Source: Podarcis gaigeae
Lineage: Eukaryota
Assembly (NCBI GenBank): GCA_964106915.2
Contig: OZ066914.1
Direction: 5' to 3' (one strand)
DNA length: 64,000 nt
Below are positions 50,031 to 62,580 of the stretch, piece by piece. The notes beneath the pieces were generated by a model. That model was not told the DNA's origin. It was given only the letters and a program-made list of their open reading frames with translations, and searched no databases. A program made the translations under genes and the position numbers. Position 1 is the first letter of the stretch. Each line of letters begins with the position of its first letter.

Positions 50031-50269
50031 CTGTAACAGCTTGCGTATAGCTTCCTGTCCTTCCTGTGCTCCAGATAGATCTCTGCCATTTTCTCTTTGA
50101 CTTGAACAAAGTAAGTCTGCTCTGGGGTTATATTCCTGAGCATCGTCAAAGCCGCTTCCACGTCGCCTTGTGCAAGGGCTAGGTCTGCATTAGCAATCAT
50201 AACTCTCAGCTCTTCCGGGGTGCCAGAAAATTCGTTGATAGCATCTTGGAGGACTTTAATGGCTTCGTG
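50031..50269 (-). CDS. TTC21B: TTC21B exon 15
   Basis: [36 protein letters not shown]...LYASCYR; 239 nt. Confidence 0.95.
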
Positions 50270-50438
50270 CTTCAAAAGAGACCATTGTTCTTGTTAAATC
50301 TGTGCCTAAATTGCCCCTGCAAAAACTGTGGCTTTCAAACTTTGTACTTTCACAGAGACCATTCCACATCAAGGCATTTTCCCAGGAACCCCTGTGTGCT
50401 GGGAAGGTGGCCATTGTGGCAGCGTTCTCCCCTCGCAC

Positions 50439-50570
50439 CAGTGGCGGGGCGTGGGGGGTGCAGGGGGGGCCGGCCGCAACATCTGGGGGTTAGGGGGCGC
50501 AAATCCACGGGTTAGGGGGCACAAATTACTTGCCTTGCCCCGGGTGCTGACAACCCACGCTACACCACTG
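50439..50570. mobile_element. hAT-type MITE
   Basis: CAGTGGCG...CGCTACACCACTG TIRs; perfect 8-bp TSD CCTCGCAC at 50431-50438 and 50571-50578. Confidence 0.88.
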
Positions 50571-50950
50571 CCTCGCACCCCAGTGGCACACAATGGTTTA
50601 CACAGAGCACCACTAGACTTACTGGACCTCACCATTGCCTTGTGTGAATTAAGGCGATACCCTAAAAAAGTACTTCCTTTGCAGGAAAGGGCAGTGGCAG
50701 TGAGCAAGCTCCAAAGAGATGGGGAACCCTCCAGAATAGGCATGGGAAGCAGCATGTACAGAGGTATGGAGGAAATCAGAAAAAACATTCCCCCTCTCCT
50801 TCCACAAATGGATGCAACCCATCATCTGTCACTGCCAGCAGGATGATTGCAAGGACTCTAACAGATATCTGCTAACAGATATCCAAAATTTGCAGAACAC
50901 ATCCAAAGGATATGTACCAGTTTTAGGTATAAAACAGAATCTCGTCATAC

Positions 50951-51175
50951 CTGTTCGCCATTCAACCGATGAGCATCTACTAGTTCCAGATAGACGGACA
51001 CACGATCGCTCCCGTCGATTTCAATCCTCTTTGTTTTTGATTTTGAGGAAGGTGCGGCTGCTCTCATTCCAGGCAAGTTCATTGCCATCTGCAGGGTTTT
51101 AACAGCTTCTGCTATTTCCCCCATCTTTATTTGGGCTCGAGCTTTTATTAAGTGGTACACAGGATGCTCTCTGAC
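50951..51175 (-). CDS. TTC21B: TTC21B exon 14
   Basis: [37 protein letters not shown]...AHRLNGEQ; 225 nt. Confidence 0.95.
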
Positions 51176-51291
51176 CTAATGAAGAATACATAATCAGCAT
51201 CTATGTCCCATACAGTCTTCCAAGAAGAAAAGAAAAAAACCTAACTATCTAGTATGTTAAATCATACTTATATTAGTGGGATAATTATGTA

Positions 51292-51712
51292 CCGTATTTT
51301 TCGCCCCATAGGACGCACTTTTACCCCTCCAAAAATGAAGGGGAAATGTGTGTGCGTCCTATGGGGCGAATGCAGGCTTTCGCCGAAGCCTGGAGAGCAA
51401 GAGGGGCCGGTGCGCACCGACCCCTCTCGCTCTCCAGGCTTCGTGCAGATCTTCGCGCAGAGTTGCCTGCATGCTGAAGCCTGGGCACGTTGAGCTCAGC
51501 GCGCCCAGACTTCGCGCAGTTCTCCGCATGGTGCGGGAGCCCTGCGCTGGGCTCCCGCGGCTTGCGGAGAGTTGCCTGTTCTGGGGGCTGGGGTCGGGGG
51601 AAGCTCGGGCTTCCCCCGCCCCAGCCCCGCGCCTGGGGGGGGGAATAATTTCCCCCCAAAAAAACTAGGTGCGCCTTATGGGACGGTGCGTCCTATAGGG
51701 CGAAAAATATGG
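51292..51712. mobile_element. Tc1/mariner-superfamily (Tc2/pogo-like) non-autonomous element
   Basis: TA|CCGTATTTTTCGCCCCATAGGACGCAC...GTGCGTCCTATAGGGCGAAAAATATGG|TA. Confidence 0.88.
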
Positions 51713-52053
51713 TACATTGTTTTGAGCAATTTACAAAAGTAATCTAGAATTACTAAGCTTTAGTACAGGACAACAGGAGTGGCTCTCTCCTGCTTTTAAA
51801 GCAACTACGTCCTACTCAGGTTGATCCTACCTCCATTTGCTCAAGAGTGGCCCACAACATTCAAAATATCTCAAAATCCTATTTTTTCCCTTCTTTTACT
51901 TATATCCCACCTTTCCTTCAGGGAGCTGAGGATACGGGGAGATCCTAGAGACACTGATCTGATGAAAACCTGCTTAGCTTTCAGCAAGGTTGCTATTTAT
52001 GTGTGCACTGAGATCACAACCGGGAACTACTTATTACATCGCACTAAAGATGG

Positions 52054-52343
52054 TGGTGTGCTCCCGTTGCTCTGTCGCAGCTCCTGACAACGTAGCAGTT
52101 CGAAAGCACGCCAATGTGAATAAATAGCTACCGCTGTGGCAGGAAGGTAAACGGCGTTTCCGTGCGCTCTGGTTTCCATCACAGTGTTCCATTGTGCCAG
52201 AAGTGGTTTAGTCATGCTGGCCATGTGACCCGGAAAGCTCTCTGTGGACAAACACCAGCTCCCTTGGCCTGAAAGCGAGATGAGCACCACAACCCCATGG
52301 TTGCCTTTGACTGGACTTAACTATCCAGGGGTCCTTTACCTTT
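52054..52343 (+). mobile_element. 5'-truncated Sauria SINE (subfamily 'C')
   Basis: Matches the 34648 copy from CTCCCGTTGCTCTG to the GTCCTTTACCTTT tail. Confidence 0.85.
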
Positions 52344-52945
52344 TATAAATCATTTATTTATCTTTCCTATTAACTTTTGCCCTATCGCCAGCCAGAGGAT
52401 TGATGGCCTCTGACTGCATTCACATGGTGACATCTCGTCTTAAGATGAATGCGCCTATGCACTCCCTGTTTCTCCCTTTGCACAAAACAAGCAGACAAAC
52501 TAGTAAGCCAGTTAGCAGTAGTTTCCTGATTCACTTAAACCCAATGTTTCCAAAAAGGGTCTAAAGCTAATTCACATGGCTTGCAAGAATATGAAGATAA
52601 AAGGAAAAAGCCTAACAAATTTATACTGCCAGGGCTTTGGGGCTGCAACCACAGTAGAGTTTCTGTTGTACTGCAGGCAGAAAAAAACCCACAAAGCAGA
52701 GTCAACTCCTAAGCCTGAAACCCTGCACTGACTTTTGATACTGCCGATTTCAACTAAGAGCTCTTTGTTAAATAGCGAAATGCATATGTTTCCTTGTTAT
52801 GTGACAGTTATTGATGTCCTGACAATTTATCCATGGGCAAAAAAAAAGTAATAATAATACTGGCAGCAAATTAAAATGTCAATCAAGCATAGAAGTAAAA
52901 TAAAGAGCTTCAGTATGCTGGGCTAGATTATCCAATCAAGTGTAC

Positions 52946-53103
52946 CTCAAAGTTATAGCTTAGGCAGAGTTCCAGAGACTGAGAACAGAGTTTGAAGTTG
53001 TTTTGCAACAAATGCACTTGAGCCATAAGGAGATGGGCATCTGCGTGTGATGGATTCTGTTCTATGCAGTGCTGCAAGATGCTCTGGGATGCTTCAGTGT
53101 TAC
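52946..53103 (-). CDS. TTC21B: TTC21B exon 13
   Basis: [52 protein letters not shown]; 158 nt. Confidence 0.95.
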
Positions 53104-53565
53104 CTAATCAGATTAAGCAAACAAAACAATGAAGGGGAGAAACAAATTCAATATGCTGACAAGCTGCCTTAGGATTGCATTTGCAAGACAGGTTCGTTTC
53201 CACGGATTATACCTCCTTCCGTCCCAGCACTATTTATTAAACGGTTACATTTTTAAAAAATATTCCAACAACTAAAGAAGCGATGAAATCACCTGCTGTA
53301 AGAAAGGGAGCACACCAGTCGCCAGCTGCAAGTTACCTCTCGGCTATTACAGTGCTTTATGAATCACATACTGTAGTACAGTTTCAAATTACAAAATGCG
53401 CTTCAACAATTTCTTCTATTTGCAAGGTTCAAGGTGCGGGTGCCACTGCTTTACATAGTCTAAATAGCACAATATGAGGGAGGTAGCAACAGGCTAGGGA
53501 ACTGTTTAAGGATGGGGTGGGAACACCAAAACACCCCAATGCAGACCAAGCATACTAACTGATAT

Positions 53566-54077
53566 TGTGGGGTGGAGTGTGTAATCCTTAACAGAGAGCA
53601 CTCCACACTGCAGCTTTATTCTTTTTTTCTTGCAATAGCTACTGTAGTGGTTCGAGGGGTTGCTCGTGCGTAAGTTGCTGCCACTCCTGGCTAGGTTACC
53701 TGGTTGAACCCTTTCTGTCTGGGCAGCCCTTCACTTCGTGGCTGTCTCAGTCGCTGGCAGAATCCGTCAGTGGGCGTTTCTTGAACTTCTTCCAGCAAAG
53801 AAGTTCTTTGACGCCAAGTCTCCTCCTACTCTCCCTGCGCGGAAGTCTTCTGCGCAGGGAGGGTGTGGGCTGCGGAGGACCCGTGCTCTCCCCGCTGGTC
53901 TCCGGTGAAGAGTCCTGGAGCCTCCTCTCCGATTCCCCCATCTGCCCCCCTTCTCCACTGGTGTTACGCTGATTTCCTTCCCCAGCAGATGGGCTGCCTC
54001 TCTCCCTACTGGGACCCTCTCCGGCATCCCTCTGGAGCCTTCCCTCCGCCTCTAGCTCCGATGGCAGTTCCCTGACA
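53566..54077 (-). mobile_element. Solo LTR (probably Gypsy-like) in TTC21B intron 12, sense to host
   Basis: Minus strand starts TGTCAGGG; ends either ...CTACA at 53643 (perfect 5-bp GCTAC flanks) or ...CCACA at 53566 (includes AATAAA 53615-53620); GC-rich relative to the intron. Confidence 0.65.
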
Positions 54078-54122
54078 GCTACTGACGTAATATTTGCATT
54101 GGTTCAAACTTGAGAGATTTAC

Positions 54123-54252
54123 CTGCCAAATACTTCACCTTTGCGACTAAATAGGCGGCTTGCAGGAGACCAGGAACAGTTTTAACCACAGTTTCAAGGA
54201 CGGATGCACAAGGCTTGAGAAGCGGGGAAGGAGGTTGTCCTCGAGCTGCAGG
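54123..54252 (-). CDS. TTC21B: TTC21B exon 12
   Basis: [43 protein letters not shown]; 130 nt. Confidence 0.93.
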
Positions 54253-54914
54253 CTTGAGATAAACAAACAGTACTTTGATAGATTACATCGAGAAAGCGGA
54301 AGGGTTTTTTTCTTTAAAGAGGAAAAAAAAATCCCAATGAAATGTTTATCTGAGCTGAGATAAAAATTCGGAGTGTATTTTCAACAGGCAGTTTTCTAGA
54401 TCTTCTCCAGAACGAAGCACCTGTGCTTTCTGAGGCAATGCTGACTTACAGCCACACAGGCTGTGTGCTGAGGCAGCTCTATGAATCCACACAGCACTCT
54501 GCCTTTGGCATGCTGGCCTGACTCAGAGGGAGGGCCTGCAAGCTCTTGCAGGCCAACAAGAGGGCAGAAAGGCTTAATGAGAGTTGGTTCTGAACATGGA
54601 CATAAACTCCTACTGGAACAAATCTTCAGTTTTCTCTTCCAGGAAGAAAAAACTTGAAGGGGGAGGGAGGGAGAAACCCAACTAGTACAGCTACAGTTAG
54701 GGGTAGGATTCTACTAATATTTCAAAGTCTTCTCACAGCAAAGCCCCAAACCTACTTTGCTGCCCTCACTCAAGCTCAAGAAGAGTCCTTAAAACATGTG
54801 GCAAGCCTGTGTCCTTCCAGATGTTATTGGATTCTGACTTCCACCAACCTCAGCCAGCACGGTCAGTGGTCCTGGGTGATGGGAGTGGGGCCCAACAAAC
54901 ATCTGTAGGGCTAC

Positions 54915-55262
54915 CTAAAGGAGTGTCTCCATTCCTGTCGTTTAGCTCAGAGACCGAGGTCCAGCTCCGAGGGCCTTCTGGCAGTTCCCTCAAAGCGAGA
55001 ATGAAGTTAAATGCGCCCAGGTAAAGGGCCTTCTCAGTAGTAACGCCCGCCCTGTGGAATGCCTTCCCATCAGATGTCAAAGAAATAAACAACTATTTGA
55101 CTTTTAGAAGACATCTGATGGCAGCCCAGTATTGAGAGGTTTTTAACGTTTGATGCTTAATTATGTTTTTATATGTAATGGAAGCATCCAGAGTGGCTGG
55201 GGCGACCCGTTCTGATGGGAGGGGTATAAATAATAACATTATTACTATTTTTATTATTATTA
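54915..55262 (+). mobile_element. L2-like LINE 3' fragment
   Basis: RAFSVVTPALWNA-like coding remnant, 3'UTR and ATT-repeat tail; same family as 28640-29065. Confidence 0.7.
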
Positions 55263-55604
55263 TATGTTTCCCCATCCCAGATTTAAAAACAAAACAATCA
55301 GCTCTTTAAGCAGATGACCAGGATCAACAGGAATCTTTCACATATTCGCCACATCCATAAATGACACAATGTAGCGCACCTAATTTCTGTCATGACAATG
55401 TTCTGGACCTATTTACAAGGAAAACAAAAATACTTTAGCAGTTACTCTGCTATTAACTATTACTCAGTCCTTATAATGGACACTGCTCAGAATCTTGGCG
55501 ATTCGTCCTAATTGTCTTTGCTTCAACCTGAAACCTTCTTTTGAGCACAAAGTATAATAATAAATGGTTGTTGTTTTAGGATGACAAAAATCCTAGCTAC
55601 TTAC

Positions 55605-55805
55605 CTGTGTTGGGCAAAAGCTAAGATACTCCTTAATAATCTCTATCAAAAAGTCAGGGTTTAATTTTTCGAAATATTCTACACCAAGAGGTAAGCCTTG
55701 CAATGAGGAAAAATGAGTATCAAGCACATCATTCAATAAAGTAATAACTTCCTCTTGTCTTTTGTTTTTCTTCATAGCCAACACTGCACGCAAGTAAGAT
55801 AATTC
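55605..55805 (-). CDS. TTC21B: TTC21B exon 11
   Basis: [53 protein letters not shown]...FCPTQ; 201 nt. Confidence 0.95.
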
Positions 55806-57348
55806 CTACAAAACAAATAGAAAATTACATGGGAAAATCTATAATTAAATCTGTCATGATTCACCTAGCACTGGTCAACACTGGTAACTAGAAACTGCCC
55901 TCTGGCACCCAGATGCCCTGATTTGCAGCACATTTCCTGGCACGTATCTAGTTCTTAATAATAATAAAAATCCACTGGACATTCTTCACTCAGTGAACTC
56001 TTGTGAATTAACAGGCTTGTAGTTTTGTTCCAGAAACTGCCTGTGTTGCTTAGCAACTAATTGTATCATCCCCCCCCCCGATAAATTAAGACCTCTAAAT
56101 TAAGACAGCAGGTTAGCAGATTGTGCTCTATGAGCACTGTCTCTGGTCACTTCCAAACGACCTGTTTCTTGAGCTGATTTCTTAGTACAGTTTGCAGGGA
56201 GGCTAGATGACATTGGCTATTTACTGAGCATTCATTAAGATTCATTTGCGAGGAGGAGGAGGTGTCAACTGTCACCAGGTCTGGGGCAGGGGAGTTTGTT
56301 GCACAAAAGCAATTTGAACTTGCCAGTATGTAACTGATTGCCTCCCCAAATCCGTGACAGTCGGGAAGACATCCTTTGTTTTTGGAAGGGAGTGGTCTTC
56401 CATTTATCTTTTCCTTCCCTCAATGCAGCCATTATGTAAGTTGCACGAAGGCTTTGGTATCAAGGATATTAAAAAAGAAAGAAAGTATTATATCCCAGAT
56501 ATGATTTTCCCGTAGGCTCAGGGGTATTTCAGTCTGGTTCTTCCATTGCTGAGCTATCGCTCATCGTGCTGCAGTCAGTAAGAAGCCTACTAGTTCTCTG
56601 TGGTGCAGGGTGGAGCTTAAGTCTATGTCCAAAGATAGCAGGGCAAAGGCAGGATTTGGAGAAAGGGTTTGGCCTTTCATTGCGGATATAATGGAGAAAA
56701 CAAACACCATTCAATTTACTGCAGGATAAGTGTTTAATGGTTATTGTATTTGCGTAAAAAACAATAAAAATGTGTATTATAATTTTTTATTATCATCATC
56801 ATCATCTGTTTGGGTAAACAACAGAGGTCAAAGCAACATGAAGGGGAAACAGGTTAGAAATTACTTTTGCACAGAGTTTGAGGGAAACTGCCAGTTCTAT
56901 CAGGCTCCTTCCTTTCTCAAATGTCACCTAGCAGTAGCCATTCAATCAGGCTGCAGCTGAGAGAGATGGGAAGCAGGGTAACTGAAGCAATGTTGGCTCC
57001 TCTCTTTTAACTCTCCATCTAAGAGCTCTGTAACTAAGAAATAGTGCCAGAGTGTGCTCATCCCACCCCTTTTGTGTCATTCACGTTTTCTACATTGTAA
57101 ACCTGAGGGCAGGGACTGTCTTATTACGGATCTTTGTTAGCCACTCTGGGAGTAAAAATACTTCAAAAATGTATCACCTCGTCTGCACACATATGGATTC
57201 CCTGCTTTGAAACCCAAGAACTGGATGTTGCAAGGAGCAGAAAAGGAAGACCGGAGCCCTCTATCAAGAATTATCTGCCCACATAAATATTCTAGCCTCC
57301 TCAGTGAGGTTAGAATCAAAGCACTTTTGGAAAGGATCGTTCTCTTAC

Positions 57349-57446
57349 TGCTGATTTCCCGATAGACTGTTGGATTTCGTTCAGGAACTCCAACTGCTGC
57401 TCTACATCGTCTAGTTTCCCTTCCATTAGCTGGCTCCGGATAATTC
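57349..57446 (-). CDS. TTC21B: TTC21B exon 10
   Basis: [32 protein letters not shown]; 98 nt. Confidence 0.94.
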
Positions 57447-57726
57447 CTGTAATGCAAAGTCACCCCATTTCAGCTCTGCTCTGCATAGAGCCTTCGGTGT
57501 TTAGAATTCCTTTTTCATTAAACCAAGTCTATAGGAACATAAGAGAGGCTCAAAGACAAGGAGGAGAGGCAATAAGCTGATGAGAATGCAAATCACACTA
57601 AAAAAGTCAATCACCCAGATTACTTGCAGTGATAAAATTATTATTATTATTATTATTATTTTGGGGGGGGGGAGAGGAATCAGCTTTGCATACTCTTGAA
57701 AACTCTAGTCTGTTTTTAAGCCATAC

Positions 57727-57919
57727 CAGTTAATGCGGGAACGCTTGTTTCGTCGAGAGCCATGGCAGTCTTGTACCATTTTAAGGCCTCCTTCATTTTC
57801 CCCTGCAAAATCATCTGGTAGCCAAGTTCTGTAGCGATATCTGCATTGTGGGGGTCTAAGCTGAAAGCTCGTTCCACCAAAGTCTGAGTCTGCTGAAGGA
57901 TCAGTGGGTTGCGGCCACA
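57727..57919 (-). CDS. TTC21B: TTC21B exon 9
   Basis: [64 protein letters not shown]; 193 nt. Confidence 0.95.
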
Positions 57920-58836
57920 CTAGAATCAAGAACAGTTTCCAGCATGAACACTTTAGCAGATTTAAAATCCTCCACTTCACTATTTTCTTTTTTTAAAGCT
58001 TTAGAAACAGTTGCTAAATGTCAAAATAAAAATTTGCAAACATTTGTATGAAAGGGCAACGGTTTGTTTGGGTGGCATGAAACACCGGTATGATCACAAC
58101 TTACATAATCACCTGAAGAATGTCCCCTTGCATTACTAACTGCAATTGAATGCACAGAGTAAAAACCCAGTTCCTCTGCTCTGCTCATGCTGCAGTGCAC
58201 CACTGAATTCAGAAATGCCCATGATTACACAACTTATGGCAGCTACTTTCCTCCCTCTCTAACCCCTGACAGCTCCCAGCTCAGGGCAAAACACATCAGC
58301 TCGTGAATTTGCCATGAGCACAACCTCCACTTATATGCCACCACTCGGCTCAATTTTATTTATTTTTTGCTCAGGGTGAATGAGTCAAGCAATCCATTTG
58401 TCACAAGAAGACAGCCGCCACAGACAAAGTCCTTGCGGCGGACGGTGGGGGCGGGGGGGAAGCCACCACAACAAACAAGGGGCCTTTGGAGTGGGGAGAA
58501 CAACCAACAGATTAACCAATGCTCATTTCCCATCACAATCAAAATGCACTTCATACTATAAAGAAAGATTCCGAGTGAACGCTTAACCTTCCATTCTGAA
58601 ACAGAAACAGCTGTGCATCTCTTAGAGCACTTTGGTGCACAGCTAAACAAGCCAAGAGCCTACTAAAAAGATTCAGACACATCAGTGTACAGGATTATTT
58701 AGGCCTGATAGGTACCGATCCAAACCCAACATATACAGGGGCTTCCCATTTTAATGAAGGGAAAATTACCAGCTCACAGCGGAAGGATCACAATCAATGT
58801 CTTCGATGGGACTTTTCAAAATAAATGCCCACTTAC

Positions 58837-58935
58837 GGTTCTGCTGAACACCAACGCCGTTTTGCAGAAGAGCTGGGGGTTATGTGGTTCCAACTTATCC
58901 AACGCACTAATCAAATCTTCCAACTTTGAGGAAGT
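58837..58935 (-). CDS. TTC21B: TTC21B exon 8
   Basis: TSSKLEDLISALDKLEPHNPQLFCKTALVFSRT; 99 nt. Confidence 0.93.
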
Positions 58936-59243
58936 CTGAGGAAGGGCAAATGAACACCGGTCTTGGTATTAGGATAAAATGAGGAGGGAAATATGTGGGT
59001 TTGAACAGCTGAGCCCCATAAAATTATTTTATATGGAGCTGCAATGTGTTCTCATGCCAACAGACACATTTTACACAAACCCACTCCGAAAGCATTGCAG
59101 CAGTGCAATGTATGCTAACCTGAGTACTGTAATATACAAATGCATACTTAATGGCATTCCACTTAATGGCAAGAGAAGAAAACATACCCTTAAATAAATG
59201 CCTAAGAGCTAAATGAGGCACACACACTCCATCTTTCACGGTA

Positions 59244-59467
59244 CGGTGGTCCCTCGGGTTACAGACGCTTCAGGTTACAGACTCCGCTAACCCAGATAAT
59301 ACCTCGGGTTAAGCACTTTGCTTCAGGATGAGAACAGAAATCGCACCGTGGTGGCGCAGCAGCAGCAGGAGGCCCCATCAGCTAAAGTGGTACCTCAGGT
59401 TAAGAACAGTTTCAGGTTAAGAACGCACCTCCAGAACGAATTGAGTTCTTAACCCAAGGTACCACTG
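59244..59467. mobile_element. Tc1/mariner (Tigger-like) MITE
   Basis: TA|CGGTGGTCCCTCGGGTTA...TAACCCAAGGTACCACTG|TA; same family as 32924. Confidence 0.88.
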
Positions 59468-60764
59468 TACTTTATACGTGAGTTTAGACTAGAGCCTTGC
59501 AGAAGTCCTTTGTGAAATCAAATGTTTACCATCAGGAGAAAAGAATATTTTGTGTCCAGTCTAGTAAACATGTCTTAATTGGGCAGCATAGGCTAAGCTT
59601 TGGATGGCTGCATTCCAATTACCACAATCAAAAGGAATCCTTCTCTGAAGCAACCACATACAACTAATACATGGCTACAACTTTCCAGAGAATAATGTAC
59701 TGGAAAAGCTGCCCTGCAAACAGATTTTTAAAGATATATATTTTCCTCAAGTTAAGCAAAGTACATTTAATTTTTTTTTAAAGCAATTATCCATCTCTCG
59801 TTTGCAAAAAACAAACAAACTGTTTACTGTCTTGAAGCTATAAAAAGCCAGACTCAACAGTCAAAATGCATTATTGCTACAATCTCCATTGACTTTTCTA
59901 GAATGGGAGTCGTCTTTTAAGCGTTCCTCGTGTGGTTTTAGAATCTGACCTTTCCAAGACTACACTGAATATACTATTATAGACCTCTTTCTCTTTGGTT
60001 TCATTCCACCCCGGAAAATAAAGCCAAAAAATGCAAACTGGGAGTGGGGAAAATGCCTCCTCATAGACCAAAGAGCCATGAACCATCCAACTAGTCTCCA
60101 AAGGATTTTCAGCATGTGGTTCTTGAGGCATAGCACCCTTATTCCCTCTTTTGCCACACAGAAAAATCACATTCATTTCTGAAACTTCCCTAAGCTTCAG
60201 TTTGTGGTATGGTAAAAACAAGGATGGGGAACCTGTATCCCTTCAGATGGTGTTGGGACTCCTACTCCCATCATTCCTAGCCAGCGTGGCCAATGGTCAG
60301 GCATGATGGGAGTTGGAGTCAAGCAACATTTGGATGGCCACAGCATCCCCAACCTAATAAGTTTACTTGGTTCCTTATGCTCAAGATAGTTGTACGTACC
60401 ACAAAAGCTTGATTTGTTTTTAATTCAAAAGCATGTTCTTATAATGTACTTACCAAGGGCCACGGTGTTAATTAATAGAAAGTTTACTACAGCCTTTAAA
60501 ATATAGTTAAAGTTACCACATATTTCGGAAATTTCCTGTGTTTGGAATATAAGATTTTAAAGATGCATCCCAACAGAGTTCTACATCTGAGTAGACATGT
60601 ATAGAATTGCACTGTTAGTAGCTATTATTTTCCCAATTAACGGATACTATTTGACAGCGAAGAAATGCCAACAATGACAAACCGTGCTCTTCATTTGTTC
60701 AGGATATGTATATTTAAATAATTAGTAACTTAAAGCAAACCTGGATGTTAAATTACGTACTGAC

Positions 60765-60849
60765 CTCAGGTATATTTCCTTCCCTACACAAATAATGAAT
60801 GGCCTCCATTTTTAAAGCGTCCAAATTAAGAGCATCTTTCTGCAACAAC
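60765..60849 (-). CDS. TTC21B: TTC21B exon 7
   Basis: LLQKDALNLDALKMEAIHYLCREGNIPE; 85 nt. Confidence 0.94.
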
Positions 60850-61098
60850 CTAGAACAAAATGAGACAGGAGCTGTATCTTTACAACACGACTGATTATAT
60901 GTTTTCACGTAACAGAGGGCCAACGCCCATATGAACAAGGAGTTCCCTGGGCAAGTTATCAGCGTTCAATGAAACAGAGAACACTTAAGTGTCCAAGAGG
61001 CCTCACCAATCCATTCTGCTCTCAAGAAAAAACTCATACTATAATTGAACCCCACCTTCCAAGACCTTCAACAATCCACTGCAGAAGCAGAGAAGGTA

Positions 61099-61476
61099 CC
61101 ATATTTTCCCCTCCATAGGACGCACTTTTTCCGTCTTAAAAACTAAGGGGGAAAGTCTGTGCGTCCTATGGAGCGGATGCAGGGGGAAGGCAGGCAGGAA
61201 AAGCCCCCAAGAGCAACAGACAAGCTTTGCGCGGTTCTTGCGGGCTTTTCCCCAGGAGGGAGAAGGGACTGACCTCTCCAGCCGTGGGAGGCTGAGCAAG
61301 GCTAAAGAGGAAGCAAGGGCAGCGAGCGCTGTGGGGGGGGGACCGGGCTCCCCCCACAGCTCTGAGATGCTCTGGGAGAAGCGGACAGGCTGCGCGCATT
61401 TCCCCCCCTTGATTTCCCCCTCTAAAAACTAAGTGCGTCCTGTGGTCCGGTGTGTCCAATAGAGCGAAAAATACGG
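61099..61476. mobile_element. Tc1/mariner-superfamily (Tc2/pogo-like) non-autonomous element
   Basis: TA|CCATATTTTCCCCTCCATAGGACGCAC...GAGCGAAAAATACGG|TA. Confidence 0.85.
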
Positions 61477-61740
61477 TAAGTGAGAAGGTAAGAAGGCACT
61501 GCTTGCCACCAGTGGCATGTGGTGGAAATTTTTGTAGGGGAACAGCGCCAGAGGACCAGCTTGTGAGGGTGATTGGTGGGTGGGTGGGTGTGTGGGTGTG
61601 AGAGAGAGACAGAGAAAGAGAGCATCGTGCCTCCATTCCTAAGATGGGCAGAAGCTTCCGGGGTTTTGGGAAGGGGGCACCAGGCCTATGACAGGATACT
61701 GGAGCCCTCCTGCCTCCTTCCCAAAACAATAGCAACCCAC

Positions 61741-61898
61741 CTCTGTGCAGTCTCGGTTGCCTGTTCCCATTCTTGCAGAGCCAGCTGCAGCTTCATTTTC
61801 TTTATAAAAGAAGGAAGGAATTGTGGCGCGTGAGCTATTATTTGATTCACCATCTCCAAAGCTCCTGAGTAATTCTGGCGCATTTCAAAATACTGTGC
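61741..61898 (-). CDS. TTC21B: TTC21B exon 6
   Basis: [53 protein letters not shown]; 158 nt. Confidence 0.95.
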
Positions 61899-62044
61899 CT
61901 AATGAAACATGAAGGAAATCCCTTAATACTCTACATTTCCAAGCAGAAAGGAAAGATGTTTTTACGGAACGTACCACTCCCTCCCTAAGGAACATTATTC
62001 TAGTCTCAAACACATCAAAGTCTACTTCAGAAACTCTTTACACA

Positions 62045-62165
62045 TGTTTCCCAAATGTGGGTCTCCAGATTTTTTGGGACTACAATCCCCATCATCCCTG
62101 ACCACTAGTCCTGCTAGCTAGGGATGATGGGAGTTGTAGTTTCCAAAAAACAGTTGGGGACTGAT
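62045..62165. mobile_element. Degenerate hAT MITE (GGGACTACAA/TTGTAGT family)
   Basis: Internal palindromic arms shared with 12921 family; related degenerate copies near 14030-14170, 49655-49780, 54795-54910 and 60220-60355. Confidence 0.65.
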
Positions 62166-62457
62166 TCTATGCAACCATGGATGGGCCCTGATCTTATATG
62201 TAATGCAGAGAACACCACATTACCTGTACCATTCAAAATAATGAAATGACAAGAGATAGTGAGCAGTTTCCTAAAATATTCAGACCTGCGTTCCCATCCC
62301 ATGCCTGGGACTAACTCCGACCATTTATTCCGATACTCACATTGAGCAACCCAGACTAGGTGTAAAGCAATCTGTGTGAGATCCATTGGCACGCGCCACA
62401 ATCTTGGTTATATTAACAGGCAGGGATTAAAAGCTTCTATTTTAATAACGGACTTAC

Positions 62458-62580
62458 TTTACCCATCAGGCCAAAGGTATCGTTTCCATTTTGCAGCCCT
62501 TCATCAAAATATTTCACAGCTTTTTTAATACTTGCTTCTTTTCCAGAGGTGACATCAAGCCACCCTTTCAAAATCAATCC
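62458..62580 (-). CDS. TTC21B: TTC21B exon 5
   Basis: [41 protein letters not shown]; 123 nt. Confidence 0.95.

Noticed and set aside
50246-50846. Overlapping 139-172 aa ORFs in TTC21B intron 14
   Set aside because: They span a GC-rich hAT MITE; no domain or splice support
61166-61735. 189-aa minus-strand ORF next to TTC21B exon 6
   Set aside because: Runs through a microsatellite and a Tc2-like MITE; not coding-like
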